A stretch of 64,000 nucleotides of DNA from Pseudomonadota bacterium (GTDB lineage Bacteria; Pseudomonadota; Gammaproteobacteria; Burkholderiales; Gallionellaceae), in the NCBI GenBank assembly GCA_040754175.1, contig JBFMFN010000013.1, positions 29,156-93,155 of the forward strand, written 5' to 3'. This document shows positions 1 to 9,554 of the stretch, piece after piece (the first letter of the stretch is position 1; the number at the start of each line of letters is the position of its first letter). Both the position numbers and the translations under genes were made by a program. The notes under the pieces were generated by a model. It ran no database searches and had not been told where the DNA came from. It worked only from the letters and a program-made list of their open reading frames with translations.

Positions 1-2
1 CT

Positions 3-605
3 TTGCAGATCGCTACGCCGAAATTGCCGCGGGCCTTACCCAAGAGCCTGACTGAAGCGGATGTGGAGCAATTGCTCGCAGCCCCCGACGTGCGAACCCC
101 GCTCGGTCTGCGCGATCGCGCCATGCTGGAAGTACTGTATGCCAGCGGATTGCGCGTCTCGGAGCTGGTCGGTCTGAAACTGGTACAGGTCAGCATGAAC
201 GAAGGCGTGGTGCGCGTGCTGGGCAAAGGTAGCAAGGAGCGGCTGGTGCCGTTCGGCGAGGAGGCCATGGAGTGGTTGAAGCGTTATCAGCTGGAGGCGC
301 GACCGGTGTTGCTCGCCGGCAAAGTCAGCGATGCGATGTTCGTCACCCAGCAGGGCGTTGCGATGACGCGCCAGATGTTCTGGCACCTGATCAAGAAGCA
401 TGCGCGGCAGGGCGGGGTGCACAAGCCGCTCTCGCCGCATACCTTGCGCCATGCGTTCGCCACCCACTTGCTCAATCACGGTGCCGATCTGCGCGTGGTG
501 CAGATGCTGCTCGGCCATTCCGACATCTCGACCACGCAGATCTATACCCACGTGGCGCGCGAGCGCCTTAAACAGTTGCACGCCCAGCACCATCCCCGAG
601 GTTGA
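3..605 (+). CDS. xerD: Site-specific tyrosine recombinase XerD (5' part outside the window)
   Basis: RDRAMLEVLYASGLRVSEL, GKGSKERLVP, HTLRHAFATHLL, LGHSDISTTQIYTHV; C-terminal QHHPRG typical of XerD. Confidence 0.9.
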   Translation: MQIATPKLPRALPKSLTEADVEQLLAAPDVRTPLGLRDRAMLEVLYASGLRVSELVGLKLVQVSMNEGVVRVLGKGSKERLVPFGEEAMEWLKRYQLEARPVLLAGKVSDAMFVTQQGVAMTRQMFWHLIKKHARQGGVHKPLSPHTLRHAFATHLLNHGADLRVVQMLLGHSDISTTQIYTHVARERLKQLHAQHHPRG

Positions 606-609
606 GACC

Positions 610-987
610 ATGAGCCAGCACGAGATAACGACCGACGACGGTCGGGTGTTCTACGACATGAGCGGAGACGACAATCCCTGTCTGGGCTGCGCCGTCTGCT
701 GCATGCATTACCGTGTCTCGTTCTACCAGGGCGAGCTGGATACCCAGCCGGGCGGCTATGTACCGGCCGACCTGGTGGTCCAGCTCACTCCGTTCCGCGC
801 CTGCATGAAAGGTACCGAAGCGGCGCCCGGCCGTTGCATCGCGCTGGGTGCGGACGGCTTGTGCGGGATCTATGACAAACGTCCCTCGGTATGCCGTGAA
901 TTCCCGGCCCAGATGGCGGATGGCAGCATGAACCCGGAGTGCATACGTCTGCGAGCGATGTATGGCGTGGAAGACAGGAACGAATGA
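610..987 (+). CDS. YkgJ family cysteine-cluster (Fe-S/Zn) protein
   Basis: ATG at 610 inside ORF 400..987; CLGCAVCC ... CIAL ... CGIYDKRPSVCREFP cysteine pattern. Confidence 0.75.
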   Translation: MSQHEITTDDGRVFYDMSGDDNPCLGCAVCCMHYRVSFYQGELDTQPGGYVPADLVVQLTPFRACMKGTEAAPGRCIALGADGLCGIYDKRPSVCREFPAQMADGSMNPECIRLRAMYGVEDRNE

Positions 988-995
988 GGTTGGAG

Positions 996-1071
996 TGGTG
1001 GAGGTGATCAGGATCGAACTGACGACCTTCTGATTGCGAACCAGACGCTCTCCCAACTGAGCTACACCCCC
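996..1071 (-). tRNA. tRNA-Ala (anticodon CGC)
   Basis: Reverse complement GGGGGTGTAGCTCAGTTGGGAGAGCGTCTGGTTCGCAATCAGAAGGTCGTCAGTTCGATCCTGATCACCTCCACCA; 76 nt cloverleaf, G3:U70 pair, encoded CCA. Confidence 0.95.
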
Positions 1072-1188
1072 ACGGCAGGCGAATCCTAAATGCAAACCGA
1101 AGTTTTGAAAAGCGTATGCGCATGTCGCTGCGTTTCCTAATTCCGGTAATTCCTGCAATAATCGCCCCACTGAAATGGAGAGAGAAAA

Positions 1189-1857
1189 ATGGCAATGACT
1201 CAAGACGATCTGAAACGCGCGGTCGCCCAGGCGGCGATTGCTTATGTCCCGAACGACTGCATCGTGGGCGTGGGCACCGGCTCCACTGCCAACTTTTTCA
1301 TCGATGAGCTGGCCAAGATCAAAGGCAAGATCCGCGGCGCGGTCGCCAGCTCGGAAGCTTCGGCCAAGCGCTTGCAAGGTCATGGCATCGAAGTGTTGTC
1401 GCTGAACGATGCTGGCGATTTGCCTGTATACGTCGACGGCGCCGACGAGATCACGCGCCATATGCACATGGTCAAGGGCGGCGGCGGCGCGCTGACGCGC
1501 GAGAAGATCGTGGCGGCAGCCAGCAAGAAGTTCATCTGCGTGTGCGACCAGAGCAAGCTGGTCGACGTGTTAGGCAAGTTCCCGCTGCCGGTCGAGGTCA
1601 TTCCCATGGCACGCAGCTACATCGCGCGCGAGATGGTCAAGCTGGGCGGGCAGCCCAAGCTGCGCGAAGGTTTCACCACCGATAACGGCAACGTCATCCT
1701 CGACGTGCACGGACTGTCCATCATGAACCCGGTGGAACTGGAGACCAAACTGAACCAGTTGCCCGGTGTGGTGACCAACGGTCTGTTCGCATGCCGTGGT
1801 GCGGACGTGCTGCTGCTGGGCACTCCCGACGGCGTGAAGACGATGACTGCCGCGTAA
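1189..1857 (+). CDS. rpiA: Ribose-5-phosphate isomerase A
   Basis: [27 protein letters not shown] motifs. Confidence 0.95.
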   Translation: MAMTQDDLKRAVAQAAIAYVPNDCIVGVGTGSTANFFIDELAKIKGKIRGAVASSEASAKRLQGHGIEVLSLNDAGDLPVYVDGADEITRHMHMVKGGGGALTREKIVAAASKKFICVCDQSKLVDVLGKFPLPVEVIPMARSYIAREMVKLGGQPKLREGFTTDNGNVILDVHGLSIMNPVELETKLNQLPGVVTNGLFACRGADVLLLGTPDGVKTMTAA

Positions 1858-1918
1858 CAGAAACGTAACCGAAAACCGCTAGGCTCTGCGGTTCGAAACT
1901 CTCCGGAAAGGATGCATC

Positions 1919-2626
1919 ATGGTCGGCACCGAACACACCTCGAAACAATTCGACGCGGAACTGGAAGCGGTGCGCGCGCGCGTGCTGCAGATGGGAGGGC
2001 TGGTCGAGAACCAGATCAAGCTGGCCGTCGAATCCCTGGTCTCCGGTGATGTCGCCCTGATGACCCAGGTGATCGAGGACGATCATCGCGTCAACGCGAT
2101 GGAAGTCGAGATCGACGAGAGCTGCAACCACATTCTGGTGCGCCGCCAGCCGGCCGCCGGCGACCTGCGCATGGTGATGACCGTCATCAAGACCATCACC
2201 GATCTGGAGCGCATCGGCGACGAGGCCGAGAAGATCGCGCGCATGGCCAAACTGCTGTCGCAGAAGGAGCGTCTGCACCTGCCGCGCTACAACGAGATCA
2301 AGCATGCCGCCGAGCTGGCACTGGACATGTTGCGCAAGTCGCTGGATGCCTTCGCCCGCCTCAATCTCAGCGCCGCTGCCCAGGTCGTGCGTCAGGACGA
2401 GCAGGTGGACGAGGAATTCCGCGCCATCATGCGTTACCTCATCACCTTCATGATGGAAGACCCGCGCACCATCTCCACCTCGCTGGAGATCCTGTTCGTG
2501 GCCAAGGCCATCGAGCGCATCGGCGACCATGCCAAGAACATGTCGGAATACGTGGTCTATATGGTCAAGGGACGCGATGTGCGCCACGTCACCGTCGAAG
2601 AGATCGAGCGGGAAGTGCAGCAATAA
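1919..2626 (+). CDS. phoU: Phosphate signalling complex protein PhoU
   Basis: Two PhoU repeats: RRQPAAGDLR..DLERIGDEA and KAIERIGDHAKN. Confidence 0.95.
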   Translation: MVGTEHTSKQFDAELEAVRARVLQMGGLVENQIKLAVESLVSGDVALMTQVIEDDHRVNAMEVEIDESCNHILVRRQPAAGDLRMVMTVIKTITDLERIGDEAEKIARMAKLLSQKERLHLPRYNEIKHAAELALDMLRKSLDAFARLNLSAAAQVVRQDEQVDEEFRAIMRYLITFMMEDPRTISTSLEILFVAKAIERIGDHAKNMSEYVVYMVKGRDVRHVTVEEIEREVQQ

Positions 2627-2640
2627 GCTGCCGCAGTGTT

Positions 2641-4119
2641 TTGCAACAACAGCCACTCCTAGCCGCCGTCGACCTCGGTTCCAACAGCTTCCGATTACAG
2701 GTCGCACGCGTCGAGAACGACCAGCTCTACATGCTCGATGGCCTGCGCGAGGCGGTGCGCCTGGCCGCCGGCATCACCCCTGATCGCCAGCTGGATCAAG
2801 CCTCGCAGCAACGCGCACTCGAATGCCTGCAGCGCTTCGGTGAGCGCTTGCGCGACCTGCCGCAGGAGGCGGTGCGCGCGGTCGGCACCAATTCGCTGCG
2901 CGTGGCCAAGAACGCACCGGAATTCCTGCAGCAAGCCGAAGCCGCACTCGGCTTTCCTATCGAAGTCATCGCCGGCCGTGAAGAGGCGCGCCTGATCTAT
3001 CTCGGCGTGGCGCAAGGTTTGCCGCAGAGCGAGGAGCTTCGCCTGGTGATGGACATCGGCGGCGGCTCCACCGAGTTCATCATCGGCCAGGGCTTGCAGC
3101 CGCTGCACCTGGAGAGCCTGTACATGGGCTGTGTCAGCTACAGCGCGCGCTTCTTTCCGGATGGCAAGATCAACAAGGGCAACCTCAAACAGGCCGAGCT
3201 CGCCGCCCGCAACGAGTTGCAAGCCATCATCGCCGAATATGCCAAGGGCCACTGGAGCGTGGCGCTCGGTTCCTCGGGAACCGCGCGCGTGATCTGTGAC
3301 GTGCTGGAGCAGAACGGCTACAGTGCCTCCGGCATCACGCGCGACGGACTGGAACAGTTGCGTGCCAGGCTGCTCGAGGTCGGCGATGTCGCCAAGCTCG
3401 ACCTGCCCGGCATGAAGGCGGACCGCGTGCCGGTGTTCGCCGGCGGCTTCGCCATCATGTATGCCGCCTTCTGCGAACTCGGTATCGAGCAGATGCGTCC
3501 CGCGCTGGGCGCTTTGCGCGAAGGCGTGCTGTATGACCTGCTGGGGCGTTTCACGCACAACGACATGCGCGAGGCCACGGTGCAGCAATTCATGCGCCGC
3601 TATCACGTCGACCATGCGCAGGCGCAGCGCGTGCGAGGTCTCACGGTGTTGCTGGCGCAGCAGTTCTTCGACGGCCATCTGGACGAAGAGAACGAACAGT
3701 TGCTGACCTGGGCTGCCGACCTGCACGAGATCGGCATCAGCGTCGCGCACAGCGGTTACCACAAGCATTCCGCCTACATCCTTGCCAACGCCGACATGCC
3801 CGGTTTCTCGCGCAAGGTGCAGCAGCGCCTGAGCCTGCTGGCACTGGCCCATCGTGGCAAGCTGGACAAGGTCGGCACGCAGCTCGACGAGTGGCAGGTC
3901 GCGGCCAAGGTGATGGCGCTGCGCCTGGCCGTGCTGTTCTATCGCAACCGCACCGAGGTTGCCTTGCCGGCGATGCAGGCGCGTTTCAGCGGCAGCAAAT
4001 TCAACCTCAACCTGAATGCCGACTGGCTGGCGCAGAACCCGCTGACCGAGACCGCGTTACGCGACGAAGCGCGGCAATGGAAGGCGCTCGGTCTCAGCCT
4101 GCAGATCGAGGCCGCCTGA
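2641..4119 (+). CDS. ppx: Exopolyphosphatase (Ppx/GppA family)
   Basis: AAVDLGSNSFRL, GREEARLIY, DIGGGSTE, GALREGVL, C-terminal HD-like LHEIG domain; follows phoU; TTG start. Confidence 0.88.
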   Translation: MQQQPLLAAVDLGSNSFRLQVARVENDQLYMLDGLREAVRLAAGITPDRQLDQASQQRALECLQRFGERLRDLPQEAVRAVGTNSLRVAKNAPEFLQQAEAALGFPIEVIAGREEARLIYLGVAQGLPQSEELRLVMDIGGGSTEFIIGQGLQPLHLESLYMGCVSYSARFFPDGKINKGNLKQAELAARNELQAIIAEYAKGHWSVALGSSGTARVICDVLEQNGYSASGITRDGLEQLRARLLEVGDVAKLDLPGMKADRVPVFAGGFAIMYAAFCELGIEQMRPALGALREGVLYDLLGRFTHNDMREATVQQFMRRYHVDHAQAQRVRGLTVLLAQQFFDGHLDEENEQLLTWAADLHEIGISVAHSGYHKHSAYILANADMPGFSRKVQQRLSLLALAHRGKLDKVGTQLDEWQVAAKVMALRLAVLFYRNRTEVALPAMQARFSGSKFNLNLNADWLAQNPLTETALRDEARQWKALGLSLQIEAA

Positions 4120-4175
4120 GGCCTCACCCGCTGGCTGCGCGGACGTTGCGGATGCCCCCATGCTACACTGCGCGC

Positions 4176-4521
4176 GAAGCTGGCCAGGCAGTCGCTGCGC
4201 GCCTTGTGTGCGTAGAGGAAAGTCCGGGCTCCGCAGAGCAGGATGCCGGCTAACGGCCGGACGCCGCGAGGCGATGGAAAGTGCCACAGAGAACAGACCG
4301 CCCAAGTCCCTTCGGGGAACGGCAAGGGTGAAACGGCGAGGTAAGAGCTCACCGCGGACGTGGCAACACGGACGGCACGGTAAACCCCATCCGGAGCAAG
4401 ACCAAATAGGCAGGCAATGACGTGGCTCGCGTCGCCTGTGGGTAGGTCGCTTGAGCGTCAGGTAACGAAACGCCTAGAGGAATGACTGTCCACGACAGAA
4501 CCCGGCTTATCGGCCAGCTTC
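4176..4521 (+). ncRNA. rnpB: RNase P RNA, class A
   Basis: GAGGAAAGTCCGGGC, GGAAAGTGCCACAGA, GGGTGAAACGG, GGTAAACCCC and ACAGAACCCGGCTTAT conserved blocks; 5'/3' ends GAAGCTGGCC/GGCCAGCTTC pair; TACACT -10 at 4164-4169 followed by a GC-rich discriminator. Confidence 0.93.
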
Positions 4522-4589
4522 ACCGAAAACGGCGGCACGTACACAAGGGAGGGCGTGCTGCACATGGAAAAGGATAGAAAGCCACAACC

Positions 4590-6188
4590 ATGAGATTGAG
4601 AAGCCATATCCAGTTTTCTTTGATCGCCATCCTGTGTCTGTTCGCAGTGAACTTCGCGCTGAATTTCTGGAATGCCTATCGCCAGCGTGATGCCCTGGAA
4701 CAGTTGCAACACGACAACGCACAACTCTCCATCACCACTTCCATCCGCCAGGGGATCGAAGAGATCCAGAAGCAGGTCGTGCGGCTCGGTCGCCTGCCGC
4801 AGGATGCGGTGCCCGTGCTGAGCGCGGAAGAGAAGGACAAGGTCGAAGCGCAATCCGCGCGCGTGGCGACGCAAGTGACCCAACTCAAGGAACTGGCACA
4901 AGGTTCGTTGCTGGAGAAAGTCACCAGCATGCAGACGCACTATGCCGAGCTGGCGGCCTCGTGGCATCTGTTCTACGGTAATTTCGGCAAGGACCCGGCG
5001 CAGGCGATGACCGAATACGCCCTGCACGCGGAACCGCTGAGCCAGCAATTGCTGTATCTGGAATTGCCCGCGCTGGAAGCGCAGGAGCGCGAACTGATTG
5101 CTGCTGCGCATGCGCAACTGGAGCAGACCGAATGGTGGTCCGAGCGCACTGCACTGGCGGTGTTCCTGTCGTCGCTGCTGATCGGCATCGTGCTGGCGAT
5201 GCGTGCCTATCGGCGTCTGGCGAACGGCATGCAGGCTTTCGCGCCGGCGGTGGCCACGGTGTTGGCCGGCGGTGCGGCGCGCGTCGGGCTGGAATCCAAG
5301 GACGAGCTGGGCGGGATCGCTGCCGCTTTCGACACAGTGAGCGATGACTTGCAGCGTGCTCAAACGCAATGCCACGAGCTGAGCGAGACGCTGACCCGGC
5401 GCAACGAAGAGATCGAACGCGAGCGCGAGGAAGCGCAATCGCTGTTGCGCAACATCCTGCCGGCCAAGGTCGCGCAGGAGTTCCGCGAGAAGGGGGCGGT
5501 GCAACCCAAATACCTGGAAGATGTCACCATCCTGTTCACCGATTTCGTCGGTTTCTCTGCCTCCACCGAGAATCTGGCGGCGGAAGACCTGGTGTACATG
5601 CTGGACGATTACTTCAGTGCCTTCGACGAGATCAGTGCGCGCTACGGACTGGAGAAACTGAAGACCATCGGCGACAGCTATATGTGTGCCGCCGGTCTGC
5701 CCGAACGCAACCCGTCGCATCCGGTGGATGCCGTGATGGCCGCCATGGAGATCGTGCAGGCGGTCAGCGAGCGCAGCCATCGTCACGCCAACTGGTCCAT
5801 CCGTATCGGCATCCACACCGGCCATGTCATCGCCGGTATGGTCGGCCAGCAGAAGTTCGCCTACGACATCTGGGGCGAATCGGTGAACTATGCCTCGCGC
5901 GTGGAATCCAGCGGCGAACCCAACCGCATCGCGTTGTCCGCGCAGACCTATGCGCGCATCAAGGATTTCTTCGAATGCGAGAAGCGCGTGAAGACCCACG
6001 CCAAGGTGTCACACAAGATGGAGTTGTATTTCGTGAAGGGCTTCACGCCCAATCTGGTGGAAGACACCAAGCAGATGCCGCCGGAAGCGTTCGTGCGCCG
6101 CTATCGCGGGTACTTCCAGAAAGAGCCGCCGGCCTTCCCGCCGCTGCATGCGGCGGTGCCGATCAAAGAGACGAGCAAGAGGCAATAA
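4590..6188 (+). CDS. Membrane-bound class III adenylate cyclase (TM-periplasmic helical domain-TM-HAMP-cyclase)
   Basis: TILFTDFVGFS, EKLKTIGDSYM, RIGIHTG, YDIWGESVNYASRVES; two hydrophobic helices. Confidence 0.88.
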   Translation: MRLRSHIQFSLIAILCLFAVNFALNFWNAYRQRDALEQLQHDNAQLSITTSIRQGIEEIQKQVVRLGRLPQDAVPVLSAEEKDKVEAQSARVATQVTQLKELAQGSLLEKVTSMQTHYAELAASWHLFYGNFGKDPAQAMTEYALHAEPLSQQLLYLELPALEAQERELIAAAHAQLEQTEWWSERTALAVFLSSLLIGIVLAMRAYRRLANGMQAFAPAVATVLAGGAARVGLESKDELGGIAAAFDTVSDDLQRAQTQCHELSETLTRRNEEIEREREEAQSLLRNILPAKVAQEFREKGAVQPKYLEDVTILFTDFVGFSASTENLAAEDLVYMLDDYFSAFDEISARYGLEKLKTIGDSYMCAAGLPERNPSHPVDAVMAAMEIVQAVSERSHRHANWSIRIGIHTGHVIAGMVGQQKFAYDIWGESVNYASRVESSGEPNRIALSAQTYARIKDFFECEKRVKTHAKVSHKMELYFVKGFTPNLVEDTKQMPPEAFVRRYRGYFQKEPPAFPPLHAAVPIKETSKRQ

Positions 6189-6220
6189 AAGACGCGGGGC
6201 TGGACCCCGCGTTTTTTATT
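6184..6220. terminator. Bidirectional intrinsic terminator between cyclase and dsbC
   Basis: AATAAAAG-ACGCGGGG-ctgga-CCCCGCGT-TTTTTATT between convergent genes. Confidence 0.8.
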
Positions 6221-6231
6221 TGCTGCTTTGG

Positions 6232-6936
6232 TTATTTACTATTTTCAGTGAGCGCCTGTTCCAGACGGTCCGCCGGCAGATAACCCGGGTTCATCACGCC
6301 GTTGGCGAAGATCAGCGCCGGTGTGCCGTTCACGCGCAGCTTGTGGCCCAATGCCAGGATCTCGTCCGTGGGCACCTTGCAGTTGCCGGGCTTGGGCTGC
6401 ACGCCATTCAGCATCAGATCGTCCCAGGCCTTCACCGGGTCCTTGCTGCAACGGATCGCTTGCACCTTCTCAGCCGAGCCGTTGAAGATCGGATACATGA
6501 ACAGGTACAGCGTCACGTTGGTCACATCCTTCAGTTCCTGCTCCAGCTTCTTGCAGTAGCCGCAGTTAGGATCGGTGAAATAAGCCATCTTGCGGCTGCC
6601 GTCGCCCTTCACCTTCTTCACCGCCAGGTTCAGTGGCAGCTTGTCGAACTCGATGGCGAACAGCTTGCGTGCGCGCGCTTCGGTCAGGTTCTTGCGTGCT
6701 TGCAGGTCGAACATCTGGCCGTCGATCAGGTATTGGCCTTTCTCATCGGTATAGAAGATGTGGTCTTCGGTCACCACTTCGAACAGGCCGGGGATGGGCG
6801 ACGTGTTCACCTGGTTCACCGTGCCGATCAACTGCTGATAGTTCTTCTGCAAGGTGTCTTTGACGACGGACGCCTTGTCATCGGCGGCATGGGCCAGGGT
6901 GGTGGTGAGCAACAGCAACAGCAGGGTTCTGAACAT
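6232..6936 (-). CDS. dsbC: Thiol:disulfide interchange protein DsbC
   Basis: Signal peptide MFRTLLLLLL..AHA, DsbC N-domain (SPIPGLFEV), FTDPNCGYCKK active site, cis-Pro GTPA. Confidence 0.88.
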   Translation of the reverse strand: MFRTLLLLLLTTTLAHAADDKASVVKDTLQKNYQQLIGTVNQVNTSPIPGLFEVVTEDHIFYTDEKGQYLIDGQMFDLQARKNLTEARARKLFAIEFDKLPLNLAVKKVKGDGSRKMAYFTDPNCGYCKKLEQELKDVTNVTLYLFMYPIFNGSAEKVQAIRCSKDPVKAWDDLMLNGVQPKPGNCKVPTDEILALGHKLRVNGTPALIFANGVMNPGYLPADRLEQALTENSK

Positions 6937-6958
6937 GTGAGACTTCCTTGTGATGGGA

Positions 6959-8122
6959 TCAGTTGAGTGCATGCCGCGCCAGCAGCTTCTTCAGCGGCGT
7001 GACGGCATTGGTGGTGGCCATGCCGACGTTGCGCAGCAGGCGCAACACCGGATTGGGATTCACGAACAGGTGTTTCAGCGCATCGGTGGTGAGCTGCATG
7101 GACAGGATGTCGTCGCGCCGTGCATGCTCGTAGCGTTGCAGCAGGCGCAGGTCGCCGCAATCCAGTGCGCCGCGCTGCATGATGGTGTGCGCCAGTTCGC
7201 GCGCATCGCGCAGGCCCAGGTTCACGCCCTGACCCGCCAGCGGATGCACGTTGTGTGCGGCATCGCCGATCAGCGCGAGTCGCGGTTTGGCCAGGTGCGC
7301 CAGGTTCAGCACGCGCAGGGCGAAGGCGGCGGGCGCGGTGATGACTTCCAGTTCGCCCAGCGTGCGCTGCGACGCCTGCGTCACGCGCGCCGCCAGTTGC
7401 TCATGTGACAGTGCCAGCAGCTCGGCCGATTTCTCCGGCGTCACCGACCACACGATGGAGATACGTCGGCCCGGCAGCGGCAGCAGCGCCAGGATGCCAT
7501 CTTCGGTGAACCATTGATAGGCGATGCCGCGATGGGCCTTGCTGCATTTGAAATTGGCGACCAGACCATGCTGGTTGTAGGGCGTCGGCACTTCCGGCAT
7601 GCCGGCTTGCTGGCGCACCCAGGAATCGCGGCCGTCCGCGCCCACGATCAGTTTGGCGCGCACTTCGCGGCCGTCTTTCAGCGTGAGATGCGCGGCCTGT
7701 TCATGCACCTGCAAGGCGGCGCATTGCGCGGGGTGCAGCAGCGTCAGGTTGTCTTGCTCGCGCAGGCCTTGCCACAGGGCATCCTGCAACAAGCGGCTCT
7801 CCAGGATGAACGCCATCTCCGGCACGCCCAACTGATAGGCGCTGAAATTCAGCTTGGCGCCGGTGTCGCCGAACACGCGCATCTCTTCCACTTGCTGCAC
7901 GCGGCTCATATCCAGGCGCTGCCAGGCGCCGCATTCGCGCAGGAATTCCGCATTGCCCGGGGTGAAGGCGTAGATGCGCGCATCCCAGTCATCTTCGGCT
8001 TGGCTGGCCTGAGGTGAGGGACCACTTTCAAGCAATGCCAGCTTCAGCCCGCTATGGCGCAAGGAGGCCGCCAGGCTCGCGCCCACCAGACCGCCGCCGA
8101 TGATGACAATGTCGAATTCCAT
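6959..8122 (-). CDS. UbiH/UbiF/UbiI family FAD-dependent ubiquinone hydroxylase
   Basis: IIGGGLVG, LIVGADGRDSWVR, LIGDAAHNVHPLAGQGVNLGLRD. Confidence 0.85.
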   Translation of the reverse strand: MEFDIVIIGGGLVGASLAASLRHSGLKLALLESGPSPQASQAEDDWDARIYAFTPGNAEFLRECGAWQRLDMSRVQQVEEMRVFGDTGAKLNFSAYQLGVPEMAFILESRLLQDALWQGLREQDNLTLLHPAQCAALQVHEQAAHLTLKDGREVRAKLIVGADGRDSWVRQQAGMPEVPTPYNQHGLVANFKCSKAHRGIAYQWFTEDGILALLPLPGRRISIVWSVTPEKSAELLALSHEQLAARVTQASQRTLGELEVITAPAAFALRVLNLAHLAKPRLALIGDAAHNVHPLAGQGVNLGLRDARELAHTIMQRGALDCGDLRLLQRYEHARRDDILSMQLTTDALKHLFVNPNPVLRLLRNVGMATTNAVTPLKKLLARHALN

Positions 8123-8182
8123 GGTCGGAAAACCCCGCACAAAAAATCGGCGGCCATCATAGCATGGGGCGGCTGCTTAATT

Positions 8183-8200
8183 TATAATCGCCGCCCCCTA
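8183..8200 (+). promoter_or_regulatory. Sigma70 -10 box with GC-rich discriminator for dusB-fis
   Basis: TATAAT at 8183-8188 followed by CGCCGCCCCC, as expected for a stringently controlled dusB-fis promoter. Confidence 0.55.
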
Positions 8201-8213
8201 CGGAAATGACCCC

Positions 8214-9227
8214 ATGCAGATCGGCAAGTACAAACTGAAGAACAACCTGATCGTCGCCCCCATGGCGGGTGTCACCGATCGGCCGTTCCGCATGCTGTGC
8301 AAACGCATGGGCGCCGGCATGGCGGTGTCCGAGATGGTGGCCTCCAACTCGCTGCTGTACGGCTCCGAGAAGACCAAGCGCCGCGCCAACCATGCCGGCG
8401 AGGTCGATCCCATCTCGGTGCAGATCGTCGGTGCCGATCCCAAGATGCTGGCCGAAGCCGCGCGTTACAACGTCGCCAACGGCGCCCAGATCATCGACAT
8501 CAACATGGGCTGCCCGGCCAAGAAGATCTGCAACGTGATGGCCGGCTCGGCGCTGATGCAGAACGAAGCGCTGGTGGCCGACATCCTCGAAGCCGTGGTC
8601 AAGGCGGTGGACGTGCCGGTCACCCTCAAGACGCGCACCGGCTGGGACAAGGCCCACCGCAACGCCATCAACATCGCGCGCATCGCCGAAGCCAGTGGCA
8701 TCCAGGCACTGGCCATCCATGGCCGCACCCGTGCTTGCGCGTACACCGGCGATGCCGAATACGACACCATCGCCGCCGTGAAGGCGGAAGTGAACATCCC
8801 CATCATCGCCAACGGCGACATCACCACGCCCGAGAAGGCCAAGTTCGTGCTCGACCACACCGGCGCCGATGCCGTGATGATCGGCCGCGCCGCGCAGGGA
8901 CGCCCCTGGCTGTTCCGCGAGATCGAGCATTACCTGAACACCGGCACCCATCTGCTGTCGCCCAACGTCGGCGAGATCCAGCAAGTGCTGACCGAACACC
9001 TGCAAGACCTGTATGCCTTCTACGGCGAATACACCGGCTTGCGCGTCGCGCGCAAACACATCTCCTGGTACACCAAGGGCTTGCCCGGTTCCGCGATGTT
9101 CCGCCATCGCATGAACCAGCTGGAGAGCCTGGACGAACAGGTGCGCGCAGTGAACGATTTTTTTGAAGAGCAGAAGGCTGCCAGTGCAACATTGCGGTAC
9201 GACGACATCGGGGAGCTGGCGGCATAA
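8214..9227 (+). CDS. dusB: tRNA dihydrouridine synthase DusB
   Basis: APMAGVTD, DINMGCPAKK, IHGRTR, ANGDI, VMIGRAAQGRPW; precedes fis. Confidence 0.93.
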   Translation: MQIGKYKLKNNLIVAPMAGVTDRPFRMLCKRMGAGMAVSEMVASNSLLYGSEKTKRRANHAGEVDPISVQIVGADPKMLAEAARYNVANGAQIIDINMGCPAKKICNVMAGSALMQNEALVADILEAVVKAVDVPVTLKTRTGWDKAHRNAINIARIAEASGIQALAIHGRTRACAYTGDAEYDTIAAVKAEVNIPIIANGDITTPEKAKFVLDHTGADAVMIGRAAQGRPWLFREIEHYLNTGTHLLSPNVGEIQQVLTEHLQDLYAFYGEYTGLRVARKHISWYTKGLPGSAMFRHRMNQLESLDEQVRAVNDFFEEQKAASATLRYDDIGELAA

Positions 9228-9281
9228 AGACCGTCAGGATGTCGCGCGACCGGGGCGGATATTGGTAACAAAGGGGGGAGC

Positions 9282-9539
9282 ATGAGCAGTGACGAGTGCG
9301 TCATCAACGAGAATGACATCGCCAGGCACGTACGCAAGGCGCTGAACGACTACTTCAAGGACCTTGGCGGAGAAGACCCGTCCTGCGGCATCTACGACAT
9401 GGTGATCCACTGCGCCGAGAAACCGCTGATCGAGACCGTGTTGACCCACGCGGGCGGCAACCAGACACGTGCCGCCGAGTTGCTCGGCATCAATCGCAAC
9501 ACGCTGCGCAAGAAGATGCAGCTGCACAAGATTCAATAA
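9282..9539 (+). CDS. fis: Fis-family DNA-binding protein
   Basis: EKPLIETVL..GGNQTRAAELLGINRNTLRKK helix-turn-helix; dusB-fis-purH synteny. Confidence 0.88.
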   Translation: MSSDECVINENDIARHVRKALNDYFKDLGGEDPSCGIYDMVIHCAEKPLIETVLTHAGGNQTRAAELLGINRNTLRKKMQLHKIQ

Positions 9540-9554
9540 TCAAGGAACCCAACC

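Noticed and set aside
3-1071. Tyrosine recombinase next to a tRNA as an island integrase
   Set aside because: The protein has XerD-specific motifs and C-terminus, the codon style is host-like, and no att duplication or cargo is visible
4458-5999. Long antisense or alternative-frame ORFs (for example 4458..5999, 9540..11114, 14893..16797, 36503..39178, 40882..42765, 50102..52117, 53790..56387)
   Set aside because: Shadows of real genes in GC-rich DNA; no motifs, and they fully overlap well-supported CDSs
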